From contig CDMY01000563.1 in NCBI GenBank assembly GCA_001179505.1, positions 1 to 51,537 of the forward strand: a stretch of DNA of 51,537 bases. The letters are read 5' to 3'. The notes under the pieces are model-generated. The model ran no database searches, was not told the DNA's origin, and was given only the letters and a program-made list of their open reading frames with translations. Positions 1-13,088 of the stretch are shown one piece after another. This stretch comes from Vitrella brassicaformis CCMP3155 (lineage: Eukaryota > Protista > Chromerida). Every line of letters starts with the position of its first letter. Position 1 is the first letter of the stretch. The position numbers and the translations under genes are program-made.

Positions 1-413
1 GCTCGATGTCTTCGGCATCGCCGGCCCTGAAGACCCCAAATACATCACGGTACCGTGCGGCGTGAATAGCGCACACTGGTTTGCATCCCGTTTGCGGTTT
101 CCCTGTTGCACGTGTGTGCAGTTGGTGAGTTTCCTCGCGATGGACCACCACTTGAACGCCTTTGAGAAAAACACGGCGCAGCTACAAACCAACACCGACA
201 CACGGCTCAGGTACGCCACCCACACCACCCCCGCTGACGTGATAGCCCTCATGTGTCCATGTGTGTGTGTGTGTGTATGTCAGGTATGCGCAGCAGAAGT
301 ACAAGATGCGTCTGGAGGAGCTGGGCGAGGCTGAGAGGGTTGAGGGGCAGCTCAAGCTGGTCGAGGGAGGGGGCAGCGATGAGGAGAAGGAGGCTCTCAG
401 CAGACTCATATGA
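1..413 (+). CDS. 3' end of a spliced gene, product unknown (partial; runs off the window start)
   Basis: Three exons join in frame across GT-AG introns (50-121, 211-283): LDVFGIAGPEDPKYIT|LVSFLAMDHHLNAFEKNTAQLQTNTDTRLR|YAQQKYKMRLEELGEAERVEGQLKLVEGGGSDEEKEALSRLI*, with TGA at 411-413. No family recognised. Confidence 0.6.
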
Positions 414-789
414 CCTGTAACTACGAGGAGATGGGAGGGAGATGTATCGGCTTTTTCGGTGAGTCGGTTGGTGTGGTGTGATGTGATGTGATGTGACGCG
501 AGTGCAAGTGGCTGAGTGAGTAGTCAAGTCAAGTCACATGGTATTGTACTGTGAGATACATCTACGCACCCTCAAACCCACCAGCCAACCAACCACACAG
601 GCAGGTCACACTCACTATCCCTTGATGCACGTCATGCCATGTGATTGCTGCTATCTCTCTGGCAACAGTACACTCGCACACACACTAGACTGAAGGCCCC
701 ACTTCACACACACACCGACTATCGCCCCCGGCATACACGTGTATCAGTGTGACAGTGTGAGTACCCGCCCAAGCCCACGTGTATCAGTG

Positions 790-1183
790 CCAGAAACTCC
801 CCTTTCCTTGATACACCTGTACAAGTGGCTTCTTCCACGTTTTTTTGCCCACCGCACAAGTGCGGCGGGCATTCACCTTGTGCGGTGGTATATGTCCCTT
901 TGCCATGCTGCTTGCCGTCCTTCCACTCGCCCTGATATACCAGAAAGGGGACGTGCCACATCGAATGGGTTTAGTGACGTATGTGTGTCTCATGCACCTG
1001 GTAAGAGCGGCCGTCGGACCACGAGAACTTGCCAGGTGCATTTTGTTGCCCTTCCACTGCATGTACAGCAGACAGATCCTCGCGATGGTGTATTGGGTGT
1101 GCTGTGTATGACCTGTCCTTTGTAGCGGCGTCCGTCGCTCCAATTGCAAGTGCCTTCTCCGTCAACACACCCTTACCGTGCTT
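790..1183 (-). pseudogene. MORN-repeat (MORN1-like C-terminal) unprocessed pseudogene fragment
   Basis: Intron-separated pieces read DGEGTCNWSDGRRYKGQ|WKGNKMH-[frameshift, CAC CT GGC AAG]-GKFSWSDGRSYQ|GEWKDGKQHGKGTYTTAQG|VSRKGEF. These match the MORN consensus YxGxWxxGxxHGxG. No start codon is evident and both ends are degraded. Confidence 0.75.
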
Positions 1184-1941
1184 CTAGATCTTGCTGCCCC
1201 TGCATCCACGCAATTAAACATGTCCCCACTCTGGCACAGCCAACAGCCACAGCCACAGCCATTAGGCGACCACCCAGACACCCATACACACACATACATA
1301 CAGTTGTTATTTTCACAGCGGGAGGGGAGAGAGAGTTTCCTACGACAGGCAGGCGGCCATGTGTGTGGACTGTGTGCTTGTGAGATGCCGCACACCAAAG
1401 ACGGCAGAGAGGGATGTGAGAAGACAGAGATGGCCTGTCTGCTGGACTGCGTGGTTTTGTGTTTGGATGATGTCAGAACAGACACAGCAGTGGCTGATGG
1501 TAAGAGACAACAGTGCGACATGTATGGCTGGTTGCTTTGTATTGTCTGAGCCCAGCCACACAACCAAATCATACCCAACATTTGCCGACCAACCAAGGGA
1601 CAACATAATGCCTTCTCGAGGGGTAGAACAGAACACAATAGATGTGGTGTGGGTGTCCGTATGTCTGCCTGTCTGTCTGTCTGTCTGGGTGTGTGTGTGT
1701 CGGAGACGCGACGACGAATTCCCCGACCCGTTCAAACAAGTTTGTTGCCTGCGTGGGAGCTCAGTTGACCGATAAGCATATGCTCAGTAGTCACAAAGCC
1801 GATCGTCCCTCCATGTGCCGCTCCCAAGACAAGAGTGGCAGCTGCTGTCCATCAGACACACCCCAAAATGCACATAGACGATCTCTCCACACTGGACAGG
1901 CACACTTCACACCCTCCATACGCCACAGTGACATTGAGTGC

Positions 1942-4900
1942 CTATCGCTTGTACTTCTGCATAATCTCTCTGACCTTCGGATACTTTTCCGCTTCATCCC
2001 ACGGGGTCTTGCCCTGTTGTCATGAGATGAGATGGGAGCATCACTCACCCCATCGATGTGTGCACACCTGCGTGTACTCACCTCATTGTTCTTGATGTTG
2101 AGAAGCGACGATCCGGCCCAGCAGCTGACTGGCCACCTCAACAAACCCCTTCCTGGCGGCCCAGTGCAGGGCTGTCATACCATTCTGCATGGCGTCATGC
2201 ATACATGAACGTGTGCAGAGAGCGTTAAGAGAGTTAAGAAGATCACCTTGCTCTGGTGATTTAGAATGGCCTTGCCGCCTTTCGAGAAAATCACACGGAC
2301 GACATCCACGTGGCCCTCAAAAGCAGCACAAAGCAAAGGCGTTGCGCCATCCTGCACCAACAGTTCGTGCATGTGTATGGGGTCAAAAGCGGTGTATCTC
2401 CTTTACGTTGATTTGCATGGTAAGCTGACTGTCATGACTCCACTCTAGCAGTTTGTTGAAAGCGTCAACACGCCCCCACTGATTGATACAAAATAGTGGA
2501 CAGCATGTCGGAATCCGCGTGTATCCGCCTACCTGTGCAGCGACGTGGATGGCAGCATAACCAGTCTGTGGCAGACACAAACTACATGTCGCATGGCCCG
2601 TTTGAGACAAGCTGTGTTGTTCCCTACGGTCCCGGTTTGTTCCAGGAGGGCTTTCCCGCCCATCTCGTACATCACTTCAAGGACTTCCACACGGCCATAC
2701 TCGGCAGCCTGATTCACAGAGTGCGGACAGAAGTGAGCGTCGTAGTAGCGGCATCTGGCAGCTAGTCGACACAGTCACCTCCATGAAGGGCGTCTTTCGC
2801 CACTGCACGACATCAACAACACCGCATTCTCGTACAAAGGCAATGATTGTTTCATCCATACGTTGCTGAATCCTTCGCGTTCGTTGAGAATGGTAGGCCC
2901 TTTCGCCTTCAACAATGCTGATACTGCGGACACGTCCCCGGCCGCAACCGCATCGAAGATGTCAGTCTGCACACGACCAACAAGGATAGCGGCCCATTGA
3001 CGTGTGGAATTCAGCTGCTGTCTCCCTGACGTATTTGATCTGCCGCTGTCGGGCGCTCGGCGGTGTCCTCAGTGACGGCTGCTGGGCGGGGGGCGCTATA
3101 AGACACACACAGAGCATCGAAGGGTGTGGCTCCCTCTGTGTATCTGTGTGTGTGTGTTCCGCCGACCGATGTGCTGTGACGGCGGCTGAGAGGTCTTGCT
3201 CATCCTGCTCGGCGGCCCTGTCGTGGTGCTGGCCGTGCTCATGTGGACACCCGATGAACGGCCGACGGGAGACACATCGGCGGGCGAAGCGGCGCCTGTA
3301 GTCAGGAGAAGACACAATCACGACGGCGTACCACTATTTGTGTGCTACTGAAGATGATAGATGTACCTTGTTGTGTGAAGCCTCCAAACAGCCACCCCAG
3401 AGGGCCCTTCAGTGATGGCTCAGCAGCGGCCTTGCCCGGTTGACTTGCGCCCGGAGTCGAGATCCCCAGTTTATCGAGAACCTGCCATCAAGACGCGTCA
3501 AGCGTGTGCGCCTCCCTCTATTTGCCGTCTCTGATGCCATGTGCGTCACCTGTTTGGCTGTCGGACGGTCACTCGCTTTGTAGGCGAAACAACTCTGATC
3601 CACAAAGGGAGAAGAAGACATGTAGTGCATGGGGCCTCTCTGTGTTGTCTGTCGGTTTGCCTTGATGGCACTCTTGATGTGCGGCGGCAGAGATACCGGG
3701 ATGTCAGGAATCTGACACCATGAGAGGGAGACACGAGTGAATAAAAAGACTGAGGTGACTGCGCCCCGGGTACCTCTTTTTTGTCGACAACCTTCCGACT
3801 GATCTGCAGGATACCTTTGCCCTCAAACGCAGGCCGACCTGCAGATTATGCCTGTTGTCTCATATTGTGTCTTGCCTATCCTTGGATCTGCTGCTGACCT
3901 CCGTGAATCTGGCCCAGTACTGGAGACGCACACATACACAGATGCACAGGAGAGAGGGGATGAACTACTGCTTTTGACATGTCTGTTTTGTGCATGAGAT
4001 TGCTTACTGCGGCCCAAAGCCCATATGGCCGCCTTGACGGTCAGCTTGTCCACTGAAAAACACAACAATACGGCCCTTCAGTAGCATTGACTCCCTTTGC
4101 TTACAGTCTACTTCGAAGCCCTCGGGAGGCATAAAGTTGGGAGTCCCGCCAACTGCAGTACATGAGTCATTTCTGCTCTCGTGAGCCGCACTGTGAAAGA
4201 TCTATCTGCGTGTGACTACCTGCAGTCAGCGTTGTTTTTCTATCAGAGCTGCGAATCATGCCGAAGTCAGAAATCTTGATGTTGTGGCCTTTATCCAACT
4301 GACAAACAAGTGGGGCAACAACAAGAGTCCTGAAACTGTGTGGAAGAGAGGGTCTCTGTCTTGGCCGACCAGTATGTTCTCGGGTTTCAGGTCTCTGTGG
4401 ACGATGTGGTTGTCATGCAAATACTGCACGCCCTCACATATCTGTCAGCGAAACACACACACACATAGACAGGGGCACACACAAATGATATGGAGACATC
4501 AGAGACTCTGCATGTCTGCTCTTCTGGACCTGCTTGGCGAATCTGTCGCGCACATCGGGCGGCAGCGGTCCGTTCTTGGCCAGATAGGACGCCAGAGAGC
4601 CTCCCTCGCACAACTCTGATGAGAATGACAAGCAGACACAAGAAAGGACAAGGCGGATGGACGAAAAGTGCGAAAACTCACTACCTATGACGATCATGAG
4701 GCCGTGTTTGTCGTGTCTGCATATGCCCAGCAGCTGCACTATGTTGGGGTGTCGCAGCTGGATCATCGGGAGGGCCTCTCTGAGCACCTCCATGAACTGC
4801 GACTGCACACACACACACACACTCATGGAAACAACAGACACAGGGAGACTTCCGAGCAGCACCTCTCGGTCGAGCTCTTCATTTCCCTTATAGATTTTGA

Positions 4901-5091
4901 CCGCCACGGGCCGCCCTCGCAGCTCTCCTCGAAAGACCACTCCGAATCCACCACTCCCTAGGGAACAGGATAAAACACACACACACACGGCATCCAATGC
5001 CCGTGGACTCCCCGTGGAGGTGAGTGTGCTGACCGAGCTCCTTGTCGCCCACAGTGAGATCCTTCGGGTCGATCACCAAATCAGCAGCCAT
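1942..5091 (-). CDS. Tyrosine-kinase-like protein kinase with C-terminal ankyrin repeats, copy 1 (frameshift in penultimate exon, stop at 2083-2085)
   Basis: Spliced motifs: [76 protein letters not shown]; then a Pro/Ser linker; then ankyrin exons ([41 protein letters not shown]). The last exon is [23 protein letters not shown]. Confidence 0.85.
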
Positions 5092-5189
5092 TGAAGAGGG
5101 CTCGGAGGCCGACAAGGGCCGGGAACCTCTGGAGGCCGAGCTTCGAAGTTCCCTGGACCCCAGCTCGCACGTAAACAGGACGAATCGGG

Positions 5190-8100
5190 ATGGATGAGTT
5201 GTGCCGTTGCAGCTTCCTTCCCCGTCTGCCTCGCGGCCTCCGCCGAACGCCATATGATGCTTCGCTGCCAGATGATGAGACGGACGACGACCTCGAGCTC
5301 ACCTCTCACAAGTGGTGGGTGCCGTGTGCGGGCTGCTTGGATGTGGTTCTTCATCTGTGTGAGAAGTTGGCCACCTTGACGGAGTGCCCACGAGGTCAGC
5401 CAGCAGACACACTCACGCGGATGCATAGATCTGTCTGTCTGTCTGTGTCTGCCTGTCTGCCTGTCTGCCTGTCTGTCTGTCTGTCTGTGCTGCAGAGCTG
5501 CTATGTGTGTATTTGATTAAGTCGGGCGAATCATTCGCTTACTTCTCATTCAGCTTCATCCTCGTCATATGGCTCAGGTGTGTGCGTGAGCAGGCAGGCA
5601 TTTTCCCTCCTCTCTGTGTGTCATCTCTCTGTCTGTGTGCCGGATGGGTGGTATACAGCGAGGAGTATGGCCTTGACGACAAGCAGGCGGGTTGGCTATA
5701 CGGTCTGTACGGCATGCTCACCTCACTCATGGGCATTCTGGTCGGCGTGGCCGTCGACAACATGGGCGTCCGCATCTCACTACTCATCGGCATGACCGTG
5801 CTCGCAACCAGCAGGTCAGAACGCACCTGTAATGGACCAGTGGCATGGTCATGCTCCTCCCGCCGTCATGTGTGTGTATGTGTGCTTCTCGTGTGCAGAG
5901 GTCTTTTGTGTTTCGTCTATTCGGTTCGCATGGCTGTTGCTGTCCTGGTGAGTGGAGTGATACACTTCCCTCACCCTCACCGTGGTGACAGGCAATTGCT
6001 GCTTGTTGGGCTGCAGTTGGTTGGTTTGCCTTTGGGTACTGCCCTCGGCATTCCCGTGCTCACGCTGGGCATCAGGAGGTCAGCACAGCCAATCGACACG
6101 ACACACACATGGACGCAACTACGTCCAACTGGCTGCGATGTTTGTGTTGTGTCAGGTATACCACCGACAGGACTCGGGCTTTCGCGTACAGCGTCTACTA
6201 TGTTGTCATGAACATCTCTGCTTGCCTGGCAGGTCCGTGCCCATGCACAGGCAGCGTAGCTACACTTGCAATGACGAAATCGTCCTTCACTGCCTTCAGG
6301 CATCAGTGCCGATTTGGTGCGCAAGACGTTCAAGGAAGGCCTGACAGTCCATGTGCCATACGTTCTCAACACACACCTGACCAACTACCGAGTGCTCCTT
6401 CTCATCGGCACACTGGTAGGAAGGGAGAGAGATGGGGGCAGACAGCACATGGGCGGAATGGCTGCGTGTGCTCGTCATTGCTGCGGGTGGTGTACAGGCG
6501 TCCTTTGCCAACTTGTGTGTGGCCTTTTTCGTGAGGGAGATCAACGTCATCGACCACAACGAACCTGTCGTCGCATTCAAGCCCAAGACGTAGGCCACCC
6601 ACACCATGCACCCACAGGCAACAAGATATTCGCCTTGTGTGAGCCTGTAGTGCGTCTGCGTGGAGCATATTCTGGGAAGTGGTCAGGCAAGGCAGCTTCT
6701 GGAGGTATGCATGCATCTAGATGTTTTGACCGACGACAGAGGGCCGCACCGAGGGCACATGGCGTTCCTTCGTCGTTTGTCCGGCGCACGTGAATGGTGC
6801 AGGTTTGTGACTCTGATGACGCTTTTTGTCGGCGTGCGGATGGTCTTTCGCCATATGGTAAACACACACACATGCCACAAAAAAGAAACTCCCATCAGAA
6901 TTCCCCGCCTTCTGTGTGTTCTCTGTGGGGGCCTGTGTACCAGGATGCCACGCTGCCCAAGTATCTGACCCGTGTGCATGGCGAGGACGCCCCCTACGGC
7001 ATCCTCATCTCCATCAACCCGACACTCATCTTCTTCCTGGTGCCGCTGGTGACGGTGTTGGCCGAGCGGTGGTCGGTTGCTGCAGTCCACCTGCTGCAAG
7101 TAGACATGTAACGCACTATCGATGGAAGCAGACCATACACACAGACACGCACAGCAGACAGGAGCCATCCGCGTGTGCCTTGATGGCTGCTCTCATGTCG
7201 GGCTGTGTTGCTTGCTCCGTCTGTGCAGGTAGGCAGCCTGCTGTCAGCAGCATCGCCCTACTTCGTTGCGGTAAGTTCGTGGCCTTACGAGTCCTGCATT
7301 TGTCCATCCATCCATCCATCGGCGGCCGATGTGTGCATGTCTGCCGGCAGGTGTCTGACGCATATTGGGCGTCGATCACCTTTGTGGTGGTGCTGTCCGT
7401 CGGGGAGGCCATGTGGTCCCCCAAGCTGTACGAGTACAGCGTCACAATCGCACCTGAGGTAAAGGCAGACAAACACACGAACGATGAATGGATGGATGCG
7501 TTGACTGCGCGGATGGCAGGGTCGTGAGGGCACCTACATGGCGCTTTCGAGCGCCCCCATCTTCCTCTCGAAGCTGTTTGTGGGTCCCATGTCTGGCTAC
7601 TTGCTGGACGCATATTGCCCTGAGGAGGGACCCAAAAACACCCGGTGCGTGTGTGTGGACTGCTGCAAGGGGTGGACAAACACGCGAGCCCCGACACACA
7701 GAGAGTGGACGGATGTAATCATCTTTGTCTGTGTGTGTGCAGGTTTTTGTGGCTGATCATCGGTTCGTCCAGCATGGTGTCGCCCGTCGGCATGGTCTGT
7801 TCAAGAGAGAAATACAAACCACATACACAAGAGAGAAATACAAACCACATACACACTCTTACACTTTGACCACCTGTGCCATCCATCTGTCGTTCAGTTT
7901 TTTCTGAAGCGGTGGATCTTCCGCCCAGAGGACTACGGCATCAAACCACACAAACACAAACAATCAGGTAGGTACCCCGCCCCACCCCTCCACACACAGG
8001 GGCCACACACCTCCTTTCTGTCTCGTTTAGTATCTGACGCCAAGTTCACCCTGGTGTCCTCCACCGAGCTGGAAGACGCCCACACCGAGAGCGCACTCAC

Positions 8101-8428
8101 GCCCGAGTCAGACGCCGGCAGCGACACCAACCCATCGTCCAAATCCGGCCGCATGAGGACGGCATACGCCCCCCGCTCGAGCGAGGCGGCCATCGTGGAC
8201 ATTCCTCCCCGGGTCGTTGGCAAGGTGGCCAGGTCGAGATCAAGGTCACCATCCGACAGCCCGATGATGGGTGGTGCTGACAATGGGTGGGCGACTGACG
8301 GGAGGGGGCTGGGGATGGGCCGCGGGCGAAAAGGGGATGATCGCTCTATGGGGGAAGAGATGAATGGGAGGGGGAGTGATGGGCAGCGGAGAGATGGAGA
8401 CGACGGTGTGCGAGGAGCTGTCGCGTAG
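5190..8428 (+). CDS. MFS transporter, POT/PTR (proton-dependent oligopeptide)-like
   Basis: Multi-exon hydrophobic protein: PRELLCVYLIKSGESFAYFSFSFILVIWL (resembles the POT ExxERFxYY motif in TM1), GVAVDNMGVR loop, RAFAYSVYYVVMNI, ISINPTLI, SVGEAMWSPKLYEY..APEGREGTYMALSSAP, then a hydrophilic tail ending TAG 8426-8428. Start codon not certain. Confidence 0.85.
7802..7853. repeat. Perfect 26-bp tandem duplication inside an MFS intron
   Basis: caagagagaaatacaaaccacataca x2 (7802-7827, 7828-7853). Confidence 0.95.
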
Positions 8429-9513
8429 ATGAGATACACGATGTGTATGCCTTCCTGGAGAAAGTGGTCAGCTACTGACTTAATTCAGCCTGACGGGTAG
8501 GTGTCTGTGCGTGGGTGGAGTGGGAGGGGTGTGGGTGTGAGGTATGTCTGTCGAGAAGAGAGCGGTGATGTCTTCCCGTCCGTCAAGTGATTCGTTCGCC
8601 TCACCATGCCATGACAGGATTAAAAATCAATCCCTATCGCCGCCCCGTTTTGTTTGAGTCCCAAACCCCACGAGCGATAGACAGACAGCCGTACACCATC
8701 TCGTCGAAAAGCAACACACACACACACACACACAGATCGTTCGCCCACTCGCCCGCATGACACCCCCGACTTCCCCCAACCATGTGTGCATGCGTGTGCG
8801 AGTCCATCCCACGATCAGTCACTGCACTGGTGTGTCGGACCAAAGCTTCACCTTGGCCCCGCTTCGAATTCCGCCACCCGCCATAACACCCATACACCCG
8901 CCCACATCCATCCATCCACGTCATGGCTCGGCCACGAAAGAAACGTTGGGCCATTCTTCTTAACTCACCAGGTGTCTGCTCAGGCCGTCTCCTTCTGCTG
9001 CCCTTCCCCTCCGTCGTCTTCCGCCTTCACAAAGGTCGTGATCTTTTGGTGTGAAGATCATGACCCGTGTGACGGCACGTGAGCACGAAACGGATGGGGC
9101 AGCAAGAAGAAACGCGCCATGAACAATCACCGATGACAGACAACAACGAGCCACCCCTCCCCCCTGTGTGTTATCGTGCCTTCCTCTCATATCCTCTCTT
9201 GCCAAACTTCTCTCTCTGGTCTCTGCTTGCCTGCCTGCCTGCCGGTCTAGGAAAATCTAGCTGGCGGCCATGATCCAATCCAGACATGCACATATTGGCG
9301 AGTCAGTCGTCAAAAACTCCCTAGTACCCCCATGCACCCCCATCCATCCAGACAGACAGAAACAAACAAACACACGTTCGCGCATCCACTCGTTGACGGA
9401 CAGACACATCTCTGACGGACGGGACAGCAGCTGGCCGTCATCGCTCCCTCACGCTCTCACACACTCGCACCCAGTCAGGGAGAGGCCGGTTGGTCAGCTA
9501 GTCAGTTAGCTAG

Positions 9514-10076
9514 TTAATCAGCGCTGGCCTCCTTGAGGTAAGCGATGAGGTCTGCCCTCTCAGCCTCCTTCTTGATGCCCGCGAACACCATCTTGGTGCC
9601 GGGGATGTACTTCTTGGGGTTGATCAGATACTCCCACAGATGCTTCTCGCTCCAGATGATCCCTGCCACACACAAACCACACACCATGACATACACACAC
9701 ACTTGCCATCCATCCATCTGTGGGCCTCCCTCCCTCCCTCGCTGTCTGTCTGTGTGTCTGTGTGACCTGAGAGCTTGTTGGCTTCTGAGTACGCGAAATC
9801 GGCCTGGCCCGACTGCTTGCCGATGAAGCCATACAGATTGGGACCCTGCTTCTGGCCGCCACCTGCACACACACAGACGGAGATCCACACACAGAGAGAC
9901 ACACCGAGGGATGGCGGGTCGATCTCGCGTGTCTTCGCCCTCCCACTCGCCCCTCTGGCTGTGGGCTTACCCTTGTTGAGGGTGTGGCACTGAGAACACT
10001 TGGACTTGAAGACCTTGGCTCCCTTCTTGGCGTCGCCCTCAGGGACCTCCACATCTGGCTCGGGACGAGTGCTCAT
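9514..10076 (-). CDS. CYCS: Mitochondrial cytochrome c (3 exons)
   Basis: [35 protein letters not shown]|[32 protein letters not shown]|[49 protein letters not shown]. CxxCH and the PGTKM axial Met are present. Confidence 0.97.
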
Positions 10077-10845
10077 TCTGGTGCTTGATAGCTATCTGCA
10101 CAGAGGGAGCAAGGGAGGGCTGACTGGGGCGTTGCCGCTCAAAAATCTCAAACTCTCACAGAACAAAAGGCGAGGAAAGGGGGTGCGAGCTCAAAGTACT
10201 GTTCCTCCAGCTCGCATTTCTTGATTGGGATTGAAGACGATGGGAAGGCGTCGCAAGAGCCGTCACTGTGTCTGTCCACGACAATGGAAGACGGTTGAAG
10301 CGGAAAAACAGGGTTGCAATTAGATGCATACGCTCACACACGAAGGCGTGGGTAGCCGGGTGTGGCTGGTTTCTGTCTGTTTGTTGTCGCCCTTGAACGG
10401 TTGTTCGCTGACGTAACGCCACGGCAGCGAACAGACGTTCATGGACGACTACACACACACAAGAAACAACACCGCACTACACGCCTTAGCCCGCGGCCCA
10501 GACACTCTTTCTCTCATCCCACATCATGAGTGTCAAAACCGTCAGTCTCTCTCTCGCCTTCGCTACTGAAAAAGTCATGCCACGTGACGCAGATCACCAT
10601 CTCTCTCCCTACTCTCGGCCCCGTCGGCACCGCTAAGGTGCTGTCAAACACTCTACAGCTGAAACCAACCACACACACGCCATGCAATGAAGGCGCACAC
10701 ACACGCACGTCGGCCAGGCTGGCTGAGCGAGCTGTCGGGTTGTTCAGACAGTGCACTCACTGCCGGCTGGCCGGCCGACAGACAGCAAGAAAAGGCACCG
10801 GCGGGGCGCTGCGGTGCGGTGTGTGTGGGGGGGTCAGGTGGTTAG

Positions 10846-11967
10846 CTAGGTCTTGACAGGGACGACACTGGAGACGAGCTCGAAGATCTGTGGCTTCGTG
10901 AGGGCGCCCTCAGCCGAGTTGAGCACCTTGCCGTCCTTGAACACAGCTGGTGGATTGGATGGATGACACACGAACGAGAAGAAACAGAGGTAAAGGAATG
11001 ACCGATTGTGCGAGTGTGTGCATGGTATGGGTCGCAGACACATACCGAGCATGGGAAGGCCTCTGATGCCGTAGTCCTTGATGCAGAACTTGTGCTTGTC
11101 TGTGTCACAGACACACATAAACACAGATGCACACACATGGAGCGGATGCGTCTGACGCCGCTGGAAATGTGTGCGGGCGTGCAAGACAAGGAATTCCACT
11201 GACCGGTGTCGACCTTAACGACCTTGACCTGCCCCTGCAGCTCGTCGCCCAGCTGGTCCACAAAAGGCGCAATCAGCTTGCAAGGACCGCACCACGTCGC
11301 TGCACCACACCACACCACATCCCNNNNNNNNNNNNNNNNNNNNNNNNNNNNNNNNNNNNNNNNNNNNNNNNNNNNNNNNNNNNNNNNNNNNNNNNNNNNN
11401 NNNNNNNNNNNNNNNNNNNNNNNNNNNNNNNNNNNNNNNNNNNNNNNNNNNNNNNNNNNNNNNNNNNNNNNNNNNNNNNNNNNNNNNNNNNNNNNNNNNN
11501 NNNNNNNNNNNNNNNNNNNNNNNNNNNNNNNNNNNNNNNNNNNNNNNNNNNNNNNNNNNNNNNNNNNNNNNNNNNNNNNNNNNNNNNNNNNNNNNNNNNN
11601 NNNNNNNNNNNNNNNNNNNNNNNCACACACACACAGTCACCTGTTCAGTAACGCCTCATGCGACCATCCACCTCACCCATCCCCGCCACACGCGATGCTC
11701 ACCAGTGAAGTCGACGAGCACAGGCGTGTCGGCCTCCAGCACCTCCTTCTTGAACTCGCCCTCAGGCACCTCTGCCGCCGCACCAAACACCCTCGTCCGC
11801 CCGCCGCCCCTCGCCCGAAGGCTCTGCTGGGAAGGCCTGAGGACCGATGAAAGGCGGGATGGTGCGATCTGGAAAGAGAGGGCGGGGGTGAGGGCAAGCA
11901 GGAGGGCCGACACAAGGCAGCACAGGGCGGCCAAGGGACGGTGGAACGGGGAGGCGTGTGCCGTCAT
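10846..11967 (-). CDS. Thioredoxin with bipartite signal+transit leader (probably plastid)
   Basis: PVLVDFT|ATWCGPCKLIAPFVDQL..VKVVKVDT|DKHKFCIKDYGIRGLPML..VFKDGK. The N-terminus has a hydrophobic signal, then ALS/FQIAP (Phe at +1) and an Arg/Ser-rich transit region. The first intron contains an N gap. Confidence 0.93.
11324..11623. other. Assembly gap (300 N)
   Basis: Run of N inside a thioredoxin intron. Confidence 1.
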
Positions 11968-12185
11968 GGTGCGAGGCTGAAGGAAACAGGACGTGGTGGT
12001 AGACGGGCACCTGCAGCTGCCTTGTGTAGATCTGGCTGGTGTTGCTCCTGACGGCAGGTGTGTCTGCGGCTCTGATCTGCAAGCTTCGCAACTTCGCCGA
12101 GTTTTCCAAGCAACTCCCGTTCGCGACTTCTGAGCCTTTGTTTGGCCTCAAGCGTTCGGTGTTCGTTGACTTTGCATCCTCCGAC
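11968..12185. promoter_or_regulatory. Probable bidirectional promoter, thioredoxin / Fe-SOD
   Basis: 218 bp between divergent ATGs; contains AGATCT at 12028-12033. Confidence 0.6.
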
Positions 12186-13088
12186 ATGGCATTTCAGCTC
12201 CCCGCTCTCCCCTGGGCCAAGAACGGCCTCGCCCCGCACATCAGGTGAAGTGACGCATGCGCCACTCACACGGGCACACACATGCATGCACCAGCAGCCG
12301 CGGGCAGACAGCATCTCGTCGGCCAGATCTGCCGACGCATCCACCACCTCCCTCACACACGCATGTGTCTGTGTCCGTTGTCTGTCTCTTCGTCTTGTCT
12401 TTGTGTGTGTCGTGATCAGTGAGGAGACGATCAACTACCACTACGGCAAGCACCACGCCACGTACGTCACCAAGCTCAACGGCCTGGTGGAGGGCACGGA
12501 GAACGCCAAGAAGGACCTGGCGGACCTCGTCAAGACCACCGACGGCGGGCTCTTCAACAACGCCGCGCAGCACTGGAACCATTCATTCTACTGGAACAGC
12601 CTCTCGCCCAGTGGCGGCGGCGAGCCCAAGGGAGCCATCAAGGCGGCCATCGAGCAGGACTTCGGATCTTTCCAGAAGTATGTAACACACACGCGCACAC
12701 ACTCAGAGAGAGGACACCCACTTCTGTCTGTATGCGTGTGGTGTGGTGTTTAGGTTCAAGGATGATTTCTCTGCCAACGCTGCGGGTCACTTCGGCAGCG
12801 GGTGGGTGTGGCTGGTCAAGGGCACCGACGGCAAGCTCAAGATCCACCAGACTCACGACGCCGGCAACCCGCTCCGCGACGGCGCTGGCGTGCCCCTGCT
12901 CACATGCGACGTCTGGGAGGTCAGCCAACCACACCACACCCACACCCACACACGCGCCATTCCCTTGTGTGTGATGTGTGCAGCATGCCTATTACGTTGA
13001 CTACCGCAACGACCGTCCGTCGTACGTCAAGGCGTGGTGGAACCTCGTCAACTGGGACTTCGCCAACAACAACCTCGCTAAGGCCTGA
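12186..13088 (+). CDS. sodB: Iron superoxide dismutase, no targeting leader (probably cytosolic), 4 exons
   Basis: [19 protein letters not shown]|[30 protein letters not shown]..|[17 protein letters not shown]|[14 protein letters not shown]. The AAQHWNH signature is Fe-type and the DVWEHAYY metal ligands are present. Confidence 0.97.

Noticed and set aside
1200-1780. Possible exon relics between the MORN fragment and the kinase gene
   Set aside because: Could not assemble a consistent spliced frame or recognise any motif.
8960-9120. Exon-like purine-rich stretch on the - strand ending in GTGAGT
   Set aside because: No partner exons or recognisable product; two frames are equally plausible.
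9850-9862. Cytochrome c GGGQKQG (Gln at the usual His position)
   Set aside because: Not a heme ligand; CxxCH and the axial Met are intact, so this is ordinary variation.
12039-12185. N-terminal targeting extension for Fe-SOD (ORF 12039-12248)
   Set aside because: Begins at TTG with no upstream in-frame ATG; ATG 12186 matches the usual Fe-SOD start.
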